This document shows positions 1 through 9,660 of a stretch of 64,000 bases of DNA, piece by piece. Positions within the stretch are counted from its first letter, which is position 1. Every line of letters starts with the position of its first letter. Under the pieces are notes generated by a model. The model saw only the letters and a list, made by a program, of their open reading frames with translations, was not told where the DNA came from and ran no database searches. The position numbers were made by a program, and so were the translations under genes. Origin of the DNA: a bacterium (GTDB lineage Bacteria > Patescibacteriota > UBA1384 > 2-12-FULL-50-11); assembly GCA_021463485.1 (NCBI GenBank), contig JAJTYJ010000002.1, positions 32,673-96,672 of the forward strand, written 5' to 3'.

Positions 1-56
1 AAGAGCGGAAACTCGACCTAGATATCTCAGATCGTCAGGACAGGATCGTACCGCTC

Positions 57-398
57 ATGCTCTCGACGCTCGGGGCGCTGATCGGCGGGTATTTAGTTAG
101 TGCCAGACTTGAGAACGCGAATTTGTTATTTATGAGTAACGTTTTGGTAGCGTATCTAATCTGTTTGACGATCATTACGCTCATCTGGAAAATTAGTCTT
201 CATGCAGCGACTATGACGGCAATGGTAACTATTTTGGTACTGTTTTCCGGTTCGATTTTCCTTTGGTTTTACGCGTTCTTAATCCCAATTATTTGGGCTA
301 GGTTAGTTTTAAAGCAACATACTCCAGCGCAACTCGGCGCAGGAATAGCGCTCGGCGTTTCGGTGACGCTGGTGGCTTATAAAGTGTTTGGCGGCTAG
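57..398 (+). CDS. hypothetical integral membrane protein (may continue upstream of the window; no in-frame stop in nt 1-56)
   Basis: ORF of 113 aa with 3-4 hydrophobic helices. No recognisable catalytic motif. Confidence 0.4.
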   Translation: MLSTLGALIGGYLVSARLENANLLFMSNVLVAYLICLTIITLIWKISLHAATMTAMVTILVLFSGSIFLWFYAFLIPIIWARLVLKQHTPAQLGAGIALGVSVTLVAYKVFGG

Positions 399-418
399 AT
401 TTACGACGGATTCAGGTA

Positions 419-1309
419 TCAAATATCAATATCTTGAACGCTACTAGCGTTCTGTGCCGGTGCTGTTGGCGGCGGTGGGGACGACTGCGCGATTGTAGGA
501 GTAGGCTTGTCTGGCTGCGGTTGGCTAAGCGAAGGCGCTGGTGAGATCGGCTCTTCACCTGGTTCTAACATCGTTTTCGGCGCCTCGTCAAACGGAATTG
601 TTGTCGGATTATTTGGTGGTGGTGGCAGATCGGGCGTTGTTTTTACGGCAACGGTAATAGGCGTATTTACCGGATTTGGTGGCGGTGGCGGAGGCGGCGG
701 GGGTGGTGGAACTACGGGTTTTGGTGGCTCTGGCTGCACGGGCGCAGCTGGCGGTACAACTGCTTTTGGTGGGGTTACTACTGGCGCATCGATTGGTGGC
801 TTCGGAGCGGCGAGCGGCTGAGCTGGTTGGGGCGTTGGCTGAATCGGCCACGGGCTAACAGGCTTGGTTGAAGGAGTTGCTGCTGGTTGTTGTCCGGTCC
901 AGGTCGGGTTAATTGGATTTGCTGTCGGGGCTGCTGGCGGCGTAACTGGCTTTGGTGGCGGCGGTGGGGATTTCGGCTCCTCTGGTTTTGGCGTCTCGGT
1001 CTTTGGCTTATCAACTGGCTCGATTGGCTTTTTGTCCGTTGGTGGTGTTACCGGTTCATCTGCTTGATCGATTTTGGTCTCTCTCGGCGCTTGTGGGGCG
1101 CTTGGCTGACTATGTGTCTGTGGTAAGACAGCGGTACCGTTCATTAGATCTGAGAGATAACTAATATTTATTAGTGCTATAGCGGGCTTGCCACCCTTGG
1201 TTAAAACATACAAGCCATCTTTTTGGTTTTCGATATCGGCAACAATACGCGAAAAATTATCTCTGGCGTCGGTAAGCGGCACGATTCTGTCGATTGGTAC
1301 GTTTAACAT
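419..1309 (-). CDS. protein with Phd/YefM-like antitoxin-fold N-terminal domain followed by ~230-aa proline-rich low-complexity region
   Basis: The N-terminus VPLTDARDNFSRIVADIENQKDGLYVLTKGGKPAIALINISYLSDL fits the YefM/Phd pattern (xEARxNLSxxx...PVxITRxGxxxAVLxSxExY). The rest is PPPPPPPPPPP/PxxP repeats. ATG at 1309 with GAGGGG RBS upstream on the minus strand. Confidence 0.55.
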   Translation of the reverse strand: MLNVPIDRIVPLTDARDNFSRIVADIENQKDGLYVLTKGGKPAIALINISYLSDLMNGTAVLPQTHSQPSAPQAPRETKIDQADEPVTPPTDKKPIEPVDKPKTETPKPEEPKSPPPPPKPVTPPAAPTANPINPTWTGQQPAATPSTKPVSPWPIQPTPQPAQPLAAPKPPIDAPVVTPPKAVVPPAAPVQPEPPKPVVPPPPPPPPPPPNPVNTPITVAVKTTPDLPPPPNNPTTIPFDEAPKTMLEPGEEPISPAPSLSQPQPDKPTPTIAQSSPPPPTAPAQNASSVQDIDI

Positions 1310-1403
1310 TTTCCCCTCTTTATATTATTAGCCTAATGGCGTGTTGAGTTAGTGTCAAATATAACGCGTTGATACTTTGACCGGTTGCCGATACACTGGC
1401 TCC

Positions 1404-2681
1404 ATGCATAAAACCTACCCAACTCACACGTTCGAAAACGGAATGAAACTGGTCGAGATACATATTCCGTCTTTTCACACAGTCACAAACTTTTTAGTAA
1501 TTCGAAGCGGTTCACGCTACGAAACAGCCGCAAATAACGGCATCGCCCACTTTCTTGAACACATGGTTTTTAAAGGAACTAAGTCGTTCCATTCTTCAAA
1601 AGAAATTGCCGAGGCGATCGAGGGAATCGGCGGCTACTTCAACGCTTGGACCTCCAACGACCACACCGCCTACTGGAACGTTGTGCCGCACGATCAATAT
1701 CAACGGGGCATCAAAGTAGCATGTGAGTTGGCGTTTACGCCTCAGCTTAATTCAGACGATTTAGAGCGAGAGCGCGGTGTGATTATCGAGGAGATTCGTC
1801 GGATGCAAGACGACCCTGCTAGCTTAGTCGACGATCTGCTCGGTGGCGTGGTCTTTCAAAATCACAGCCTCGGTCAATCCGTAATTGGAACAGAAGAGAC
1901 AATCCGAGCGATGACGATCGAGCAGTTTCGAGAGTATCACAGCGATCACTACGCGCCGAGCCAGGCGTACTTTGTCTGTGTCGGAAACCTCGAAGGTAAG
2001 GACGTTAAAAGCGCCGTTTGGGAACAGATTCAAGAGTTAAAACCAACAACGGTCAGTCAGCCAGAGCTATTCACCGGTAACAGCACAAAAGCGGTGAAGG
2101 TTTTAACAAAAAACACCGACCAGACGCACTTTATGCTCGCTACCGCGACAAGCTCATTTGGGCTGGGATCAAAAGATCGATTTGTCGGCACCGTTTTAAA
2201 CGCCGTTTTGGGACGCGGAATGAGTTCACGCCTCTTTTTGAATATCCGCGAGAAGAAAGGGCTGGCTTACGCCATCAACTCCTCGTTCTATCCGTTCGAG
2301 GATACCGGGTTAATCTCGATTTACGGCGGTGTAAACACTGAAAAGGTTAATCAAACGCTCGATGCACTTACTGAAGAATTTGAAAAGTTAATAAACGAGC
2401 CGGTCGGTTCTGATGAGTTAAGCAAGGCCAAAGCCCAACTCGTTGGATCGTACGATCTCTCCGCCGATCGACCGGTTGATTTAGCTACTTGGTACGGAAC
2501 CAGCGCACTACTTGGGGCAAAAGAAAGTTTCGAAGAAGCGAAGTCTTTAGTCCAGGCCGTTACTGCTTCACAAATTCAAGAGCTGGCGAGTAATGTTTTC
2601 AGTAAAGAGCGTTTAGCGATGGCGGTAGTCGGCCCGTACGACAGCGATCAGATCTTTGCGGATTTCCTCTCGAAGCAGTAA
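1404..2681 (+). CDS. M16 family zinc metallopeptidase (insulinase/pitrilysin-like)
   Basis: Inverted zincin motif GIAHFLEHMVFKGT (HxxEH) near the N-terminus; size about 425 aa. The track ORF begins at TTG 1377; the first ATG is at 1404. Confidence 0.8.
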   Translation: MHKTYPTHTFENGMKLVEIHIPSFHTVTNFLVIRSGSRYETAANNGIAHFLEHMVFKGTKSFHSSKEIAEAIEGIGGYFNAWTSNDHTAYWNVVPHDQYQRGIKVACELAFTPQLNSDDLERERGVIIEEIRRMQDDPASLVDDLLGGVVFQNHSLGQSVIGTEETIRAMTIEQFREYHSDHYAPSQAYFVCVGNLEGKDVKSAVWEQIQELKPTTVSQPELFTGNSTKAVKVLTKNTDQTHFMLATATSSFGLGSKDRFVGTVLNAVLGRGMSSRLFLNIREKKGLAYAINSSFYPFEDTGLISIYGGVNTEKVNQTLDALTEEFEKLINEPVGSDELSKAKAQLVGSYDLSADRPVDLATWYGTSALLGAKESFEEAKSLVQAVTASQIQELASNVFSKERLAMAVVGPYDSDQIFADFLSKQ

Positions 2682-2690
2682 ACTATAGGT

Positions 2691-3206
2691 ATGAAAATCG
2701 ATACCACGTTAGTACTACTTAAACCTGATGCCGTTGAACGGGGATTGGTAGGACGAGTAATTAGTCGTTTCGAAGAACGCGGCTTGAAAATTGTCGGGCT
2801 CAAATTACTAGTCGCTTCAGCCGAGCTAGCGACCAAACATTACGGCGATTTTATCGAGCGTTACACCGAGAAACTCGGCAAGGAAAAAGCGACAAAAATT
2901 ATGGACGAGATGGTCGGGTTTTTGACGTCTGGACCGATTGTGGCGATGGCAGTCGAAGGGATCGACGCTTGTCCGGTTGTACGGAAAATCGTCGGCTCGA
3001 CGTACCCGAACGAAGCGCCAGCCGGAACAATCCGCGGCGATTTCGCGCACGTCTCTCAAGACTACGCCAACACTGTTGGCATCACTGTTAAGAACTTAGT
3101 TCACGCATCCGGCAGTGCCGAAGAAGCAAAAATCGAGTTATCGCTCTGGTTTGATCCGAAAGAGTTAACAACGTACTCAGCGGTTCACGAAAAACACACC
3201 CGCTAA
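2691..3206 (+). CDS. ndk: nucleoside diphosphate kinase
   Basis: LLKPDAVERGLVGRVISRFE, GTIRGDF and NLVHASGS (catalytic His) align with the NDK family. Carries a short insertion. Confidence 0.85.
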   Translation: MKIDTTLVLLKPDAVERGLVGRVISRFEERGLKIVGLKLLVASAELATKHYGDFIERYTEKLGKEKATKIMDEMVGFLTSGPIVAMAVEGIDACPVVRKIVGSTYPNEAPAGTIRGDFAHVSQDYANTVGITVKNLVHASGSAEEAKIELSLWFDPKELTTYSAVHEKHTR

Positions 3207-3241
3207 CAAACGATGGTTGAGTACGGTACGATTCGGATGTG

Positions 3242-4321
3242 ATGTCGAATCTCTATCTGATAGCCTTTATCGGTTCAGCTCTGCTATCAGCATTGCTGGT
3301 GAAGTTTCTTATCGGCTACGCACATCGACACCAAGTTTTTTTACCGCCGATTCGGTCCAGAGACACACATAAACAACCAGTTCCCCGTATCGGTGGTATC
3401 GCGATTGTCGCGTCATTTATTATAACGACGGTGCTCTTTGCTTCAATTTTTCCTGAAAAACTTTTGTTTAGCGGTGAGCTGCTGCTCGGTCTCGATCGAA
3501 ACCTGTTAGGGGTGTTGTTAGCAGTCCTACTACTCTCAGCGGTTAATATTTATGACGACTTTCGAGGGGTGCGATGGCAAATTCGACTACTTACTCAAAT
3601 CGCAGCGGCGTTAATCGTGTTCTGGTGCGGAATTCGAATAGAATGGCTGACGAATCCGTTTGGAGATCAAATCGTTCTTGAGGGTTTTGCCTGGGCGTTC
3701 ATCGCGCTTTGGCTGGTTGGGCTCTCGAATGTTGTGAATATGCTCGATGGCGTTGATGGTTTGGCTGGTAGCGTCTCCTCGATCTCACTATTAATTCTCT
3801 TTTTCCTCTCAATCCGTCCGGACGTGGCGCAAGACTCAAACGCGCTGCTTTCGATGATCGCTCTTGGGTCGGTTGTCGGATTTCTCCCGTTTAATCTTAA
3901 TTCGGCGAAAGCGTTCCTAGGTGACACCGGATCGGTTTTTATCGGCTTTATTATCGGAGTGTTGGCGGTAATCTCGGGCGGGAAAGTGGCAACGGCGTTT
4001 TTGGTGCTAGCGATACCGTTTATCGACGCATTGAGCGTTGTTGTTACTCGCATCGTTACCGGCCGATCGCCTTTTTTAGCGGATCGGATTCATCTTCATC
4101 ACCGACTACTAGAGCTCGGCCTAAAGCCGTACCAGATTACAATGCTATTCTCAGCGATTAGTTTAGCTTTTGGATTAGTCGCTTTAAATACTCAGACGTT
4201 CGGCAAGCTGCAAGCGGCCGCAGTAGCGCTCGCGTTGGTTGTGTTATTTATAGTTATTAGCGTATCAGTACAGCGCTCGAGAAACGCAAAAAACGCTATA
4301 CTCAAACAAGTAGATGAGTGA
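3242..4321 (+). CDS. glycosyltransferase family 4 polyprenyl-phosphate HexNAc-1-phosphate transferase (WecA/TagO/MraY family)
   Basis: PRIGGIAI, DDFRG, NMLDGVDGLAG and GDTGS motifs; about 10 TM helices. GTG at 3239, ATG at 3242. Confidence 0.8.
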   Translation: MSNLYLIAFIGSALLSALLVKFLIGYAHRHQVFLPPIRSRDTHKQPVPRIGGIAIVASFIITTVLFASIFPEKLLFSGELLLGLDRNLLGVLLAVLLLSAVNIYDDFRGVRWQIRLLTQIAAALIVFWCGIRIEWLTNPFGDQIVLEGFAWAFIALWLVGLSNVVNMLDGVDGLAGSVSSISLLILFFLSIRPDVAQDSNALLSMIALGSVVGFLPFNLNSAKAFLGDTGSVFIGFIIGVLAVISGGKVATAFLVLAIPFIDALSVVVTRIVTGRSPFLADRIHLHHRLLELGLKPYQITMLFSAISLAFGLVALNTQTFGKLQAAAVALALVVLFIVISVSVQRSRNAKNAILKQVDE

Positions 4322-4838
4322 GGATTATAGTTTTCGAGGCAAGCGAAGTAACGAGCAGGTACTACTAGTCGTAAAACAGCATCCGTGGGTATTAATGCCG
4401 ATCGTTTGGGTTTGGTTAGTACTGACTGCGATTGTAGTTTTACTTGTCTGGAAGCTCGGGCTCTCAACGATAAGTTCGTATGCGATCTTTGGCGTACTTG
4501 GCTTTGGGCTGCTGTATAGTTTGTATCAGTGGTTTATCTGGAACAACAGCGACTATATTATTACGAACCAACGAGTTATTAAAATTGATCAAAACGGCTT
4601 GTTTAATCGCGAAATTTCCGAGGCCGAGATCGAACGAATTCAAGAGATATCAACAGAAATCAAAGGGCCGATCCGGACAATATTTAACTTCGGTCGAGTT
4701 AAAATCCAGACGGCTTCTAGTTACGGAAGAGTTGATCTAGAAGACGTAGTAGATCCATACGATATTCAACAGGAAATTGTACGGGTACAACGCTCGGTGA
4801 GCGAGTCGTCTTCTGACTCTCGAGTGACACTTCGCTAA
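4314..4838 (+). CDS. membrane protein with bacterial PH (YdbS/YdbT-like) domain
   Basis: Two N-terminal TM helices, then DYIITNQRVIKIDQNGLFNREISEAEIERIQEIS typical of the bPH_2 fold. Start overlaps the upstream stop by 8 nt. Confidence 0.5.
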   Translation: MSEDYSFRGKRSNEQVLLVVKQHPWVLMPIVWVWLVLTAIVVLLVWKLGLSTISSYAIFGVLGFGLLYSLYQWFIWNNSDYIITNQRVIKIDQNGLFNREISEAEIERIQEISTEIKGPIRTIFNFGRVKIQTASSYGRVDLEDVVDPYDIQQEIVRVQRSVSESSSDSRVTLR

Positions 4839-7800
4839 ACGCGCATCAATAACTGCTGGACTTCTTCTTCCAATTCTTCGGAGCGCTTAACTTTTAAGCT
4901 CGTTTGAACAATTTTAGTGCTGCCGCCGTGTGGTATCCGGAGCTCGACGGTCGCTTCGCCCGGGTGATCTAGCAAAATGGTTTTAAGCTGTTCGATGACC
5001 GTTTTCGTTGTGCGTTGCGGCAACTCGATTGTAAACTGCCGAGAGGTTGGTTTGGTGGTTGTGGGAGCGTTGTTCGACCAGTTACCGCGACTGAAATTTG
5101 GCTTTATTGGCTGGTCGAGCGGTGAGAGAATCGCTGGTGTCACAGAATCGAGCGGCCAAACTTTATCGACCAAAACTTTTGCCGAGCCGTCCTTGTCGTT
5201 AATCTTTCCTTCAACCAAAACCATCGCGTCGGGTTCCCAAAACTTTTGGTTGTCTTTGAAAATGGTCGGGAAAACGACTAACTCCACAACGGCGTTAAAG
5301 TCTTCTAGCTGGACGAACGCCATCATCTGATTTGATTTAGTAGTAATTTTTTTAACCTCGTGAACTATCCCACCGACGCGCACGGTTTTGCCGGCATCTT
5401 CTAGTTTAATTTCGTGCAACGGGGTCGCAACTTTAGCCAACAGCTCGGAGTACTCTTTAATTGGATGATCCGACAGATACAGCCCGAGCAACTCTTTCTC
5501 CCAGACGAGGTTAAGCTTTTTATCCAGAGTGCCGGCTGGCAGATTTAATTTAGCGATCGTTGTTTTCTGCTCTTCCTCGCCGAAGATCATCATTTGGTTA
5601 GCGGCGTGGCTCTTATTTCCACCGGCTGCGGTCTTAACCAGGAGCTCAATGCCAGCGTAAAGACTTTCGCGCGCGGCAAACCGATCGAGCGCGCCAGCTT
5701 TGACGAGACTCTCGAGAACTTTTTTATTCAGGGTTGTACTGCAACGGCTGAGAAACTCCTCGAGCGACTGGAACGGTCCGTTGGCTTTACGCTCGCGAAC
5801 GATCGCTTTCGCCACACTTAAACCGACGTTTTTTATCGCGGCAAGGCCAAAGCGGATAGACCTTGCGTCTTTAACTACCGCGAAATCGGCGAACGACTCG
5901 TTAACGTCGGGTGGCATGACGGTTAGTTTCATCCGCTCGCACTCGCTGATCTCGATCGAGAGGCGGTCGATATTGTCGAGGTCGCTTGTCATCAACGCTG
6001 CCATGAAACAATCCGGGTAATGCGCCTTTAAGTAAGCGGTTTGGTAGGCGATGAGCGCGTAGCAAGTAGCGTGGCTTTTATTAAAACAATACGCAGCGAA
6101 ATCTTCTAGCTGCTTCCAGATCTCGTCGGCTCGGTCGGCCTTAACTCCATTTTTGACAGCGCCGTTGATGAACTTTTCTTTCATCTCTGCCATCAATTTC
6201 GGGATTTTTTTACCGATCGCTTTGCGCAGCGTGTCAGCCTCTGAGCCGGTGAAGCCGCACATATCCTTGCTTAGCCGCATTACCTGTTCCTGGTAAACCG
6301 GAATACCGTACGTTTCTTTAAGTGCTTCTTTTGCCAATGGATGGAGGTAGGTAATCTCCTCCTTGCCGTTTTTACGGTCAATAAAGCTTTGAATCCACTG
6401 CATCGGTCCCGGGCGATACAATGAGACCATCGCAATAATATCTTCAAAGAGATTCGGTTTTAGCTCTTTGATGTATCGCTTCATTCCAGCCGATTCCAGC
6501 TGAAACACGCCCGTCGTCTCGCCGCGCCCGAGTAGGGCAAAGGTCCTCTTGTCGTCCAGCGGCAAGTTATAAATATCGATTTTTTTACCGTAGGTTGCTT
6601 CGATAATCTCGCAAGCTTGTCGCATGATTGTTAAGTTGGAGAGTCCTAAAAAGTCCATCTTCAGCAGCCCGATTTTTTCGATCGGTTCCATCGAGTACTG
6701 AGTTACCTGGTGGACGTCGCCGCCTTGTGCCTGCTGGACCGGCACGTATTCGTCGAGTGGGTCCTTGGAGATTACGATTGCGCACGCGTGTTGTGAGGCG
6801 TGTCGGATCGTTCCCTCTAATTTCATCGCCGAATCAAGTAACTGCTTAGCTTCGGGGTCGTTATCGTAAAGCTCCTTTAACTCGGGTGCTTCTTTAACCG
6901 ACTTTGAGAGCGGGATGTGGCGACCCTGAATTGGTGCGGGTACGGCTTTGGCGATCGTGTCAACCTGAGCGTAGCTCATACCAAGAACACGACCGACGTC
7001 GCGAACCGCCGCCCGTGCCATAATTGTTCCGAACGTAATAATGCCCGCGACGTGATCGTCGCCGTATTTTTCTCTGACGTAGTCGATTACTTCTTTTCGC
7101 CTGACGTCTTCGAAGTCCATATCGATATCTGGCATCGAGATACGGTTAACGTCTAAAAATCGCTCAAACAGAAGACCGTACCGAAGCGGATCGACTTTGG
7201 TGATGCCGGCGCAGTACGCCATTAGCGAACCAGCGGCCGAGCCGCGACCAGGGCCGACGAAGATATTTCTAGATTTGGCGAAGTTAACGAAGTCAGCGAC
7301 GATTAGGAAATATCCTGGGAAGCCCATCTTAATTACCATATCGAGTTCGTAATTTAGTCGTTCACGTATTTCCGGCGTAACGGTTGGGTAGCGTTCGTGT
7401 AAACCTTTCTCGCACCATTTGCGTAGCAGTGACTCTTCGGTTTCTCCTTCTGGCAGTGGGAAGTTCGGTAGCAAATTTTTGCCAAGCTCGATATCGACAT
7501 TAACCATTTCGGCGACTTTGACTGTGTTTTCGATCGCATTTGGCGTGTCGCTAAACGCCTGCGCCATCTCGTCCGGAGTTTTTAGAGAGAAATCACCGGT
7601 ATAAAGCATACGGTTAGTGTCGGAAACTAATTTGCCGGTCTGGATACAGACCAGTTGGTCGTGCGAGACGTGGTCGTCTGAATTGACGTAGTGAGTGTCG
7701 TTAGTGGCAACGAGCGGTAATTTTAGCTTTCGCGAGAGCTCTTTAATCGCTCGGTTAACCACCTCTTGCTCCTGAATAGCGGGGTGGTGCTGAAGCTCCA

Positions 7801-8323
7801 AATAGTAGTTATCTTTCCCAAAAATCTCGGCGTACTCACCGATTGTTTCGAGAACTTCCTTCTCTTTGTTATCGAGAATAAGTCGCGAAGTCTCGGAGGC
7901 TAAACAGGCAGAGGTAGCGATTAACCCCTTACTGTGTCGTGACAGCAAGTCTCGATCGACTCTTGGTTTGTAATAATAGCCTTCCAAATGGGCAACGGTT
8001 GTAAGTTTAATCAGGTTTTTATAGCCCTCGTAGTCCTTCGCCAGCAGCACCATGTGATACGGGCGGGTGTCGATGCCGCTCGATTTGTCGGTTAGCTTTC
8101 TTGGGGCGACGTAAATTTCTTGTCCGATAATCGGTTTAATTCCAGCTTTCTGACAGACCGTAAAAAACTCGATCGCACCGTGCAGTACGCCGTGGTCGGT
8201 TAAGGCAAGTGCTGGCATTTCTAACTCTACGGCTCGATTTACTAGTTCGGGAATTTTCCCGAGACCGTCAAGCAACGAGTAGTGCGAGTGCACATGAAGA
8301 TGGACGAATTGGTTCTTCGACAT
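4835..8323 (-). CDS. dnaE: DNA polymerase III alpha subunit
   Basis: 1162 aa; N-terminal PHP domain FVHLHVHSHYSLLDGLGKIPELV...LALTDHGVLHGAIEF; full-length match to DnaE architecture including the C-terminal OB fold. Confidence 0.95.
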   Translation of the reverse strand: MSKNQFVHLHVHSHYSLLDGLGKIPELVNRAVELEMPALALTDHGVLHGAIEFFTVCQKAGIKPIIGQEIYVAPRKLTDKSSGIDTRPYHMVLLAKDYEGYKNLIKLTTVAHLEGYYYKPRVDRDLLSRHSKGLIATSACLASETSRLILDNKEKEVLETIGEYAEIFGKDNYYLELQHHPAIQEQEVVNRAIKELSRKLKLPLVATNDTHYVNSDDHVSHDQLVCIQTGKLVSDTNRMLYTGDFSLKTPDEMAQAFSDTPNAIENTVKVAEMVNVDIELGKNLLPNFPLPEGETEESLLRKWCEKGLHERYPTVTPEIRERLNYELDMVIKMGFPGYFLIVADFVNFAKSRNIFVGPGRGSAAGSLMAYCAGITKVDPLRYGLLFERFLDVNRISMPDIDMDFEDVRRKEVIDYVREKYGDDHVAGIITFGTIMARAAVRDVGRVLGMSYAQVDTIAKAVPAPIQGRHIPLSKSVKEAPELKELYDNDPEAKQLLDSAMKLEGTIRHASQHACAIVISKDPLDEYVPVQQAQGGDVHQVTQYSMEPIEKIGLLKMDFLGLSNLTIMRQACEIIEATYGKKIDIYNLPLDDKRTFALLGRGETTGVFQLESAGMKRYIKELKPNLFEDIIAMVSLYRPGPMQWIQSFIDRKNGKEEITYLHPLAKEALKETYGIPVYQEQVMRLSKDMCGFTGSEADTLRKAIGKKIPKLMAEMKEKFINGAVKNGVKADRADEIWKQLEDFAAYCFNKSHATCYALIAYQTAYLKAHYPDCFMAALMTSDLDNIDRLSIEISECERMKLTVMPPDVNESFADFAVVKDARSIRFGLAAIKNVGLSVAKAIVRERKANGPFQSLEEFLSRCSTTLNKKVLESLVKAGALDRFAARESLYAGIELLVKTAAGGNKSHAANQMMIFGEEEQKTTIAKLNLPAGTLDKKLNLVWEKELLGLYLSDHPIKEYSELLAKVATPLHEIKLEDAGKTVRVGGIVHEVKKITTKSNQMMAFVQLEDFNAVVELVVFPTIFKDNQKFWEPDAMVLVEGKINDKDGSAKVLVDKVWPLDSVTPAILSPLDQPIKPNFSRGNWSNNAPTTTKPTSRQFTIELPQRTTKTVIEQLKTILLDHPGEATVELRIPHGGSTKIVQTSLKVKRSEELEEEVQQLLMRV

Positions 8324-8369
8324 ACACTTTTTGTAGCAGACTGGGCTCGCTTAGCAATGACAAACTTAC

Positions 8370-8398
8370 TTGACTCTCTCGAAGTTTTCCCATAAAAT
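8370..8398 (+). promoter_or_regulatory. putative sigma70-type promoter for rpmA (TTGACT-N17-TAAAAT)
   Basis: TTGACT at 8370-8375, 17-nt spacer, TAAAAT at 8393-8398, about 12 nt upstream of the rpmA ATG (8411). Confidence 0.35.
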
Positions 8399-8410
8399 TG
8401 GACGTACATT

Positions 8411-8683
8411 ATGGCATCAACAAAGGCAAAAGGATCATCAAAGAACGGTCGAGACTCTCAGAGTAAGCGACTTGGGGTTAAAGTTTACGGAGCGCAGCCG
8501 ATTAAACGCGGCGGCATTATCGTGCGACAACGCGGTTCAAAGTTCTTTGCTGGTCAGAATGTGATGATGGGCGGTGACGACACTATCTTTGCCACCAAAG
8601 ACGGCGTAGTCACTTTTCACCAGCGAAAAGTTCAGAGTCACACTGGCCGACGTTCTCTCAAGACCGTCGTCAGCGTTCTCTGA
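8411..8683 (+). CDS. rpmA: 50S ribosomal protein L27
   Basis: [29 protein letters not shown]...[18 protein letters not shown] matches L27 throughout. Confidence 0.95.
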   Translation: MASTKAKGSSKNGRDSQSKRLGVKVYGAQPIKRGGIIVRQRGSKFFAGQNVMMGGDDTIFATKDGVVTFHQRKVQSHTGRRSLKTVVSVL

Positions 8684-8746
8684 GTTCGCACCTCGACAAT
8701 CGTAGGCGGTTTCTAGGACCGCTGAACACGTTACGAAAAACTGATC

Positions 8747-8977
8747 ATGGATGACAATCAGAGAAACAACCCGGGTCCGCTTCGGCGGTTACCCAATTGC
8801 AGTCCGTTCTCCGCGTACTACCAAGAGCTGGAGGGGGAACCCAATCGAGATGAGGCGCTGATGAGAATCAGGCCCCTAGGTGGGGAGCTTCGGCTTGACT
8901 CGATTGATCCCCTGGCTGAGGTGGACGAAGAGGACGCGATCGCTGACGCGATCAGACGACTCACTGAGCGCTGGTAA
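8747..8977 (+). CDS. hypothetical small acidic protein (uncertain; lies in an unassigned region)
   Basis: 76-aa ORF with no recognisable motif. Its use of GGG/CCC/AGG codons differs slightly from neighbours. Region flagged in findings. Confidence 0.25.
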   Translation: MDDNQRNNPGPLRRLPNCSPFSAYYQELEGEPNRDEALMRIRPLGGELRLDSIDPLAEVDEEDAIADAIRRLTERW

Positions 8978-9039
8978 CAGCGTTCCCGACCATTGGCTGC
9001 CCGAAGCGTTGCGGAGGGCGGCCACATTTATGGAGTGAA

Positions 9040-9585
9040 ATGAACTTTTCTGTTGTTCGTCACAGACGTAACTCGACAGCGTTCTTGCAGATTCTTTCTC
9101 GACTGAAGTGCCTGCCGGAAGAGCCAAACGGTCTCACTGAGGTTCGTATCAAAATCCCGACCGACCGGTACTACACCGCCGCTCAAATTGCCAAAATCGA
9201 AGAGCAGCTCTTGCCGTTTGTGGAGACACAAGAGTGCTTGCAGTTTGGCAAGCTTACGACGCTACGCGACTTTTGGCACGACGACGGTCGTTTGAGCGGA
9301 CTCGGTGCGATCCACCTCTTCGCTCATTTGTTGCTCGGTCATATCGCTCGGAATCGTTCTCTGCTGGACGATAAGAACTGCACGGTGATACGAGAGCGAA
9401 TCTACCGACCCAACCCCTCTCAATCGTCTGTCGTTTCGATCGTCTTCACCGCAAATCTTCGGATTAAGTCGATGCGGTTTAGAACCAGGGACGTCTGGAT
9501 AGCGTTCGAAAAGCTGCTCGAACTCGGGTCGCTCGAGCAGCTCGACGAGGAGGGCGTGTCGAAACCACTTGTCGCTGCCGGATAG
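9040..9585 (+). CDS. hypothetical protein (uncertain)
   Basis: 181-aa ORF with native-like CpG-rich codon usage but no recognisable domain. Overlapped by antisense ORFs of similar length. Confidence 0.3.
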   Translation: MNFSVVRHRRNSTAFLQILSRLKCLPEEPNGLTEVRIKIPTDRYYTAAQIAKIEEQLLPFVETQECLQFGKLTTLRDFWHDDGRLSGLGAIHLFAHLLLGHIARNRSLLDDKNCTVIRERIYRPNPSQSSVVSIVFTANLRIKSMRFRTRDVWIAFEKLLELGSLEQLDEEGVSKPLVAAG

Positions 9586-9660
9586 GACCACTGTCACGGC
9601 AGCTTTTTAGTAAGCCCCTTGCTTCACTCGAGGCGTTTCAGTATAATTATGAGGCTAATT

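Noticed and set aside
507-1164. Gly-rich plus-strand ORFs (507..821, 864..1067, etc.)
   Set aside because: Mirror-image ORFs of the Pro-rich minus-strand gene (CCN versus GGN), with no start context. The minus ORF has a recognisable N-terminal domain.
8861-8870. CUGAUGAG (hammerhead ribozyme core-like) string
   Set aside because: No accompanying GAAA/stem III arrangement or cleavage-site context. An 8-mer match is expected by chance.
8690-9610. Possible tmRNA or RNase P RNA
   Set aside because: Could not find the tRNA-like GGTTCGAATCC acceptor end, a tag-peptide ORF ending in ...AA-stop, or the RNase P P4 motifs (GGAAAGUCCGG / ACAGAACCCGGCUUA). Left as an unassigned region.
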